Source of the DNA: Lophium mytilinum
Lineage: Eukaryota
Direction: 5' to 3'
Assembly: GCA_010093605.1 (NCBI GenBank)
Contig: MU004185.1
Span: 951,334 to 1,015,333, forward strand
DNA: 64,000 nucleotides
Shown here piece after piece: positions 61,081 through 64,000 of the stretch. Within the stretch, counting starts at the first letter, position 1, and every line of letters begins with the position of its first letter. Position numbers and translations under genes: made by a program. Below the pieces are notes generated by a model. It was not told where the DNA came from. It searched no databases and saw nothing but the letters and a program-made list of their open reading frames with translations.

Positions 61081-62996
61081 ATGGCGACCATGCCTGTAAC
61101 GAACGGTGTTGCTGCCCAACGAGATGAGGCAGACCGGCTGCCCAAAGTCCCCATCCACAGTCAGCGCCAAATGCGCATCATTTGCATTGGTGCTGGCGCA
61201 TCCGGGCTCGCCTTTGCGTATAAGCTTCAGCGGTCCTTCGACGACTTTTCCCTGTCCATCTATGAGAAGAACCCAGATATTTCTGGAACTTGGTATGAAA
61301 ACCGCTATCCAGGGTATGTAGCAAATTCGAAACTATAGAGGAAGACCGGAAAGCTGAAGATTTGCTTACTTTATTCCCAGATGCGCGTGCGATGTGGCCG
61401 CTCACAACTACACATATTCGTTTGAGCCGAAACCAGATTGGTCATCAGTATATGCCGGCAGTGAAGAGATCTATGGATACTTTAAAGACTTCACTAACAA
61501 GTATGGCCTCAGCAAGTACATCAAAACCCGGCATGAGGTTGTTGGTGCGCGCTGGGACTCTCAAACGGATTCATGGCATGTTCAAGTCAAAGATCTAGCG
61601 TCTGGCTCCGTCTCCGAGGACACTTGCCATATCCTTGTAAATGCAGGCGGCATTCTGAATAACTGGAAGTGGCCCGCCATCAAAAATCTAGATCTGTTCA
61701 AGGGGCCGAAGTTACATAGTGCGGCTTGGGATCCCTCTATCGACCTCGATGGGAAAACAGTGGGCCTGATCGGAAACGGGTAAGCCCCCCAGCCCATTTC
61801 GCCGCGCATGCGCTGATTGTTGTATCTAGATCTTCGGGCATCCAGCTCCTCCCTGAGATTTTGCCTCGTGTGAAGAGCATGACCAACTTCATCCGAACCG
61901 CGACATGGGTAGCACCACCACTTCGCGGCATTGAGCAGCATAAGTACACCGAGGAAGAACTGAAGGACTTCGCCAACAAGCCCGGCCACCTGCTAGAACA
62001 CCGCAAGAAATACCAAACAAGTACCTCCGGCGTCTTCAATCTATTTATCAAAGGCTCGGAGACGCAAAAGCTAGTCCGGGCAACCATGGAGAAGCATATG
62101 AAAGACCAGCTCCAAGATCCCGATCTGGAAAGCAAGCTGATACCAAACTGGAGCGTTGGCTGCCGAAGGCTGACGCCCGGGATCAAGTACCTCGAATCCG
62201 TCAAGAAAGAAAAAGTCAATCTGGTTATAAGTTCCGTGACTGAGTTTACGCCAACCGGATGCAAATGTGAAAATGGAAACGAATACGCTTTCGACGTACT
62301 CGTCTGTGCGACGGGATTCGATGTGTCGTTCCGCCCCCGATTTCCGCTCCTAGGGCGGGATGGGAAGAACCTGCAGGATATCTGGAAGGACGACTCGAAG
62401 GGCTACATGGGTGTCGGGGCTCCGGATATGCCGAACTACTTTGTTATGCTCGGGCCAAATTGTCCCATCGGCAATGGGCCTATAATGGCAGCTATCGGTA
62501 AGCACCTTTGCTACCTGAGAAGTGAGCATTGAAACTAATCTACATTGCAGAAGCACAAGCCGACTACATTCTCAAATGGTGCGATCGTTGGCAGACAGAG
62601 AACATCCGGTCATTTACGCCCAAGTGGGAGGCCGTCGAAGACTTCGTCTCACATTCAGATCGCTACATGCAGTCGACCGTTTGGACTGAGAACTGCAGCT
62701 CCTGGTATAAGGGCAACAGTGTCACTGGGCGTGTGTCGGCTCTGTGGCCGGGCAGCACGTTGCACTATCTTGAGACCTTGGCCCAGCCTCGTGCGGATGA
62801 CTACGACGTCGTCTACAAGGGCAATCGGTTCAACTGGCTTGGGAATGGGTTCAGTCAGACAGAAACGGATTTGACTAGCGATTGGGCTTATTACATCCGT
62901 GAAAGCGATGATTCGGAGTATCTGAGCAAGAAGAAGCAAAGGCAGATCTTGACGAAGAGTGGAAGCAAGAGTGGTTCGGAGTTCAAGGTGATTTAG
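61081..62996 (+). CDS. Flavin-containing (Baeyer-Villiger type, StcW-like) monooxygenase B; 4 exons
   Basis: GAGASG; GTWYENRYPG/CACDV; fingerprint FKGPKLHSAAWD (FxGxxxHxxxW[P/D]); IGNG/SSGIQ; VGCRRLTPG..YL; ATGFDVSF.P; CSSWYK; WPGSTLHY. Confidence 0.95.
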
Positions 62997-63676
62997 ATTC
63001 CTGGTTAATAAGATTGAGCGCCCAGTGGCGTCATTGCAAGACCAGAAGAGTGTGTTAATTTCGAAGAAACATCTATCCAGACTTCACATGCGAGTCACGT
63101 GCAAAGACATGTGCTTGACCTACAGCAGTAATCTTCGTCAAGATAGCAGGTACTACCGAACCGGGTCTCTACGCAATTTAGCCTCCCCGACGACCTGGAA
63201 TCAAACGACTAGCCCTACGATCGTCCCAAGATCTCGTTAGCCTCGCTGTAGCTCGGGGGTTGGACAGAAATCCCGCAGACAAACGTGCACTTGCGCATGA
63301 ACCGACGGCTACTCCACCGCTTCCTCGCAAATCAGGCCGAATTCAGCTTTGCATGAACCTGATGCAACTGATTTGTTCAGCATCTTTGAGTCGCATTGCA
63401 AACATGATACTTGCTGGTTCTAGCATCTTTCACATGTATACGAGATTATTTCTACGAATATAAATGCGTTCTACGGTGCAGTGAAGGTCAGAGTCATCGA
63501 ATAGCAGCACAGCGAAAGACGGCGAGTAAAGCGTACTTTCGCAAAGGACAAAATCCAGTATATGTTTCACATCTACGCCATAGAGCTCTACATCTGCGAT
63601 AATCTGGCCGGACTGGAGTGTCATCAGCTCCAAATCTACTTCAGACCCCCTGGAGTAGCTTCGGTCGCAGTGGTGA

Positions 63677-64000
63677 TCAAGTAGAATGGGCGACGTCGTA
63701 CTCAATGTGAGTTAGGTCTTCCTTCTCTCCAGCTCCCATTTTTTCCGTGCCTCCTTCTGCAGGTCGCTCGTCCACATCATCTCCCACAACCTCGTCACCG
63801 AAGACCGTGCTTAACTGTTCTAGCGTGTAGCCCTTCGTCTACCAAAGCTGTTAGATCTCTGATCAAGATGGGACGTTTTTCAGAACTCACCTCAGGAAAC
63901 AAGAAGAACACGGCCAAGATCATCATAAGATCCGTAGCGATAAAGACAATGTAGAATCGCCATCCAATGTTCTTGAACGCAGGAGCCGCAACTGCAGTCC
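63677..64000 (-). CDS. 3' end of an MFS sugar-porter family transporter (runs off the window edge)
   Basis: AFKNIGWRFYIVF...FFLFPE, intron, TKGYTLEQL..VFGD (PETKG..LE motif); stop at 63677-63679. Confidence 0.9.

Overview
Eukaryotic DNA from a filamentous ascomycete (Pezizomycotina; inferred from short GT-AG introns with CTRAY-like branch points, the gene families present and a RIP-mutated transposon). About 22 protein-coding genes are supportable. (i) Accessory-looking left end, 1-10.7 kb: an intronless HET-6-like gene, a Pro/Thr-rich membrane protein, a DUF6594-like membrane protein and a Gly/Tyr/Asn/Gln repeat protein. (ii) Housekeeping block: complex I 49-kDa subunit, ATP synthase gamma divergent from TOP1, an NAD-dependent epimerase and a Rad53-like FHA-kinase-FHA gene. 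(iii) A GtaA-like gene and a Zn2Cys6 factor separated by a complete 2127-bp pogo/Fot1-type transposon (perfect 42-bp TIRs, TA duplication, interior destroyed by RIP), followed by a Gpr1/AlcS transporter, an unknown 2-TM protein and an Msb1-like gene. (iv) A right-end oxidative/detox-type cluster: metallo-beta-lactamase-fold hydrolase, GST-like protein, fungal TF, SDR, two divergent Baeyer-Villiger-type monooxygenases and a truncated MFS transporter. The least explained signals are non-coding: a degenerate ~56-bp repeat array with weaker inverted counterparts around an E-box core at 25.0-26.0 kb, a ~188-bp degenerate tandem pair at 41.7-42.05 kb, and recurrent C-rich to G-rich skew switches. 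No CRISPR, tRNA or rRNA was found, and no novel system can be established from sequence alone. All calls, counts and exon boundaries were made by eye without database searches.
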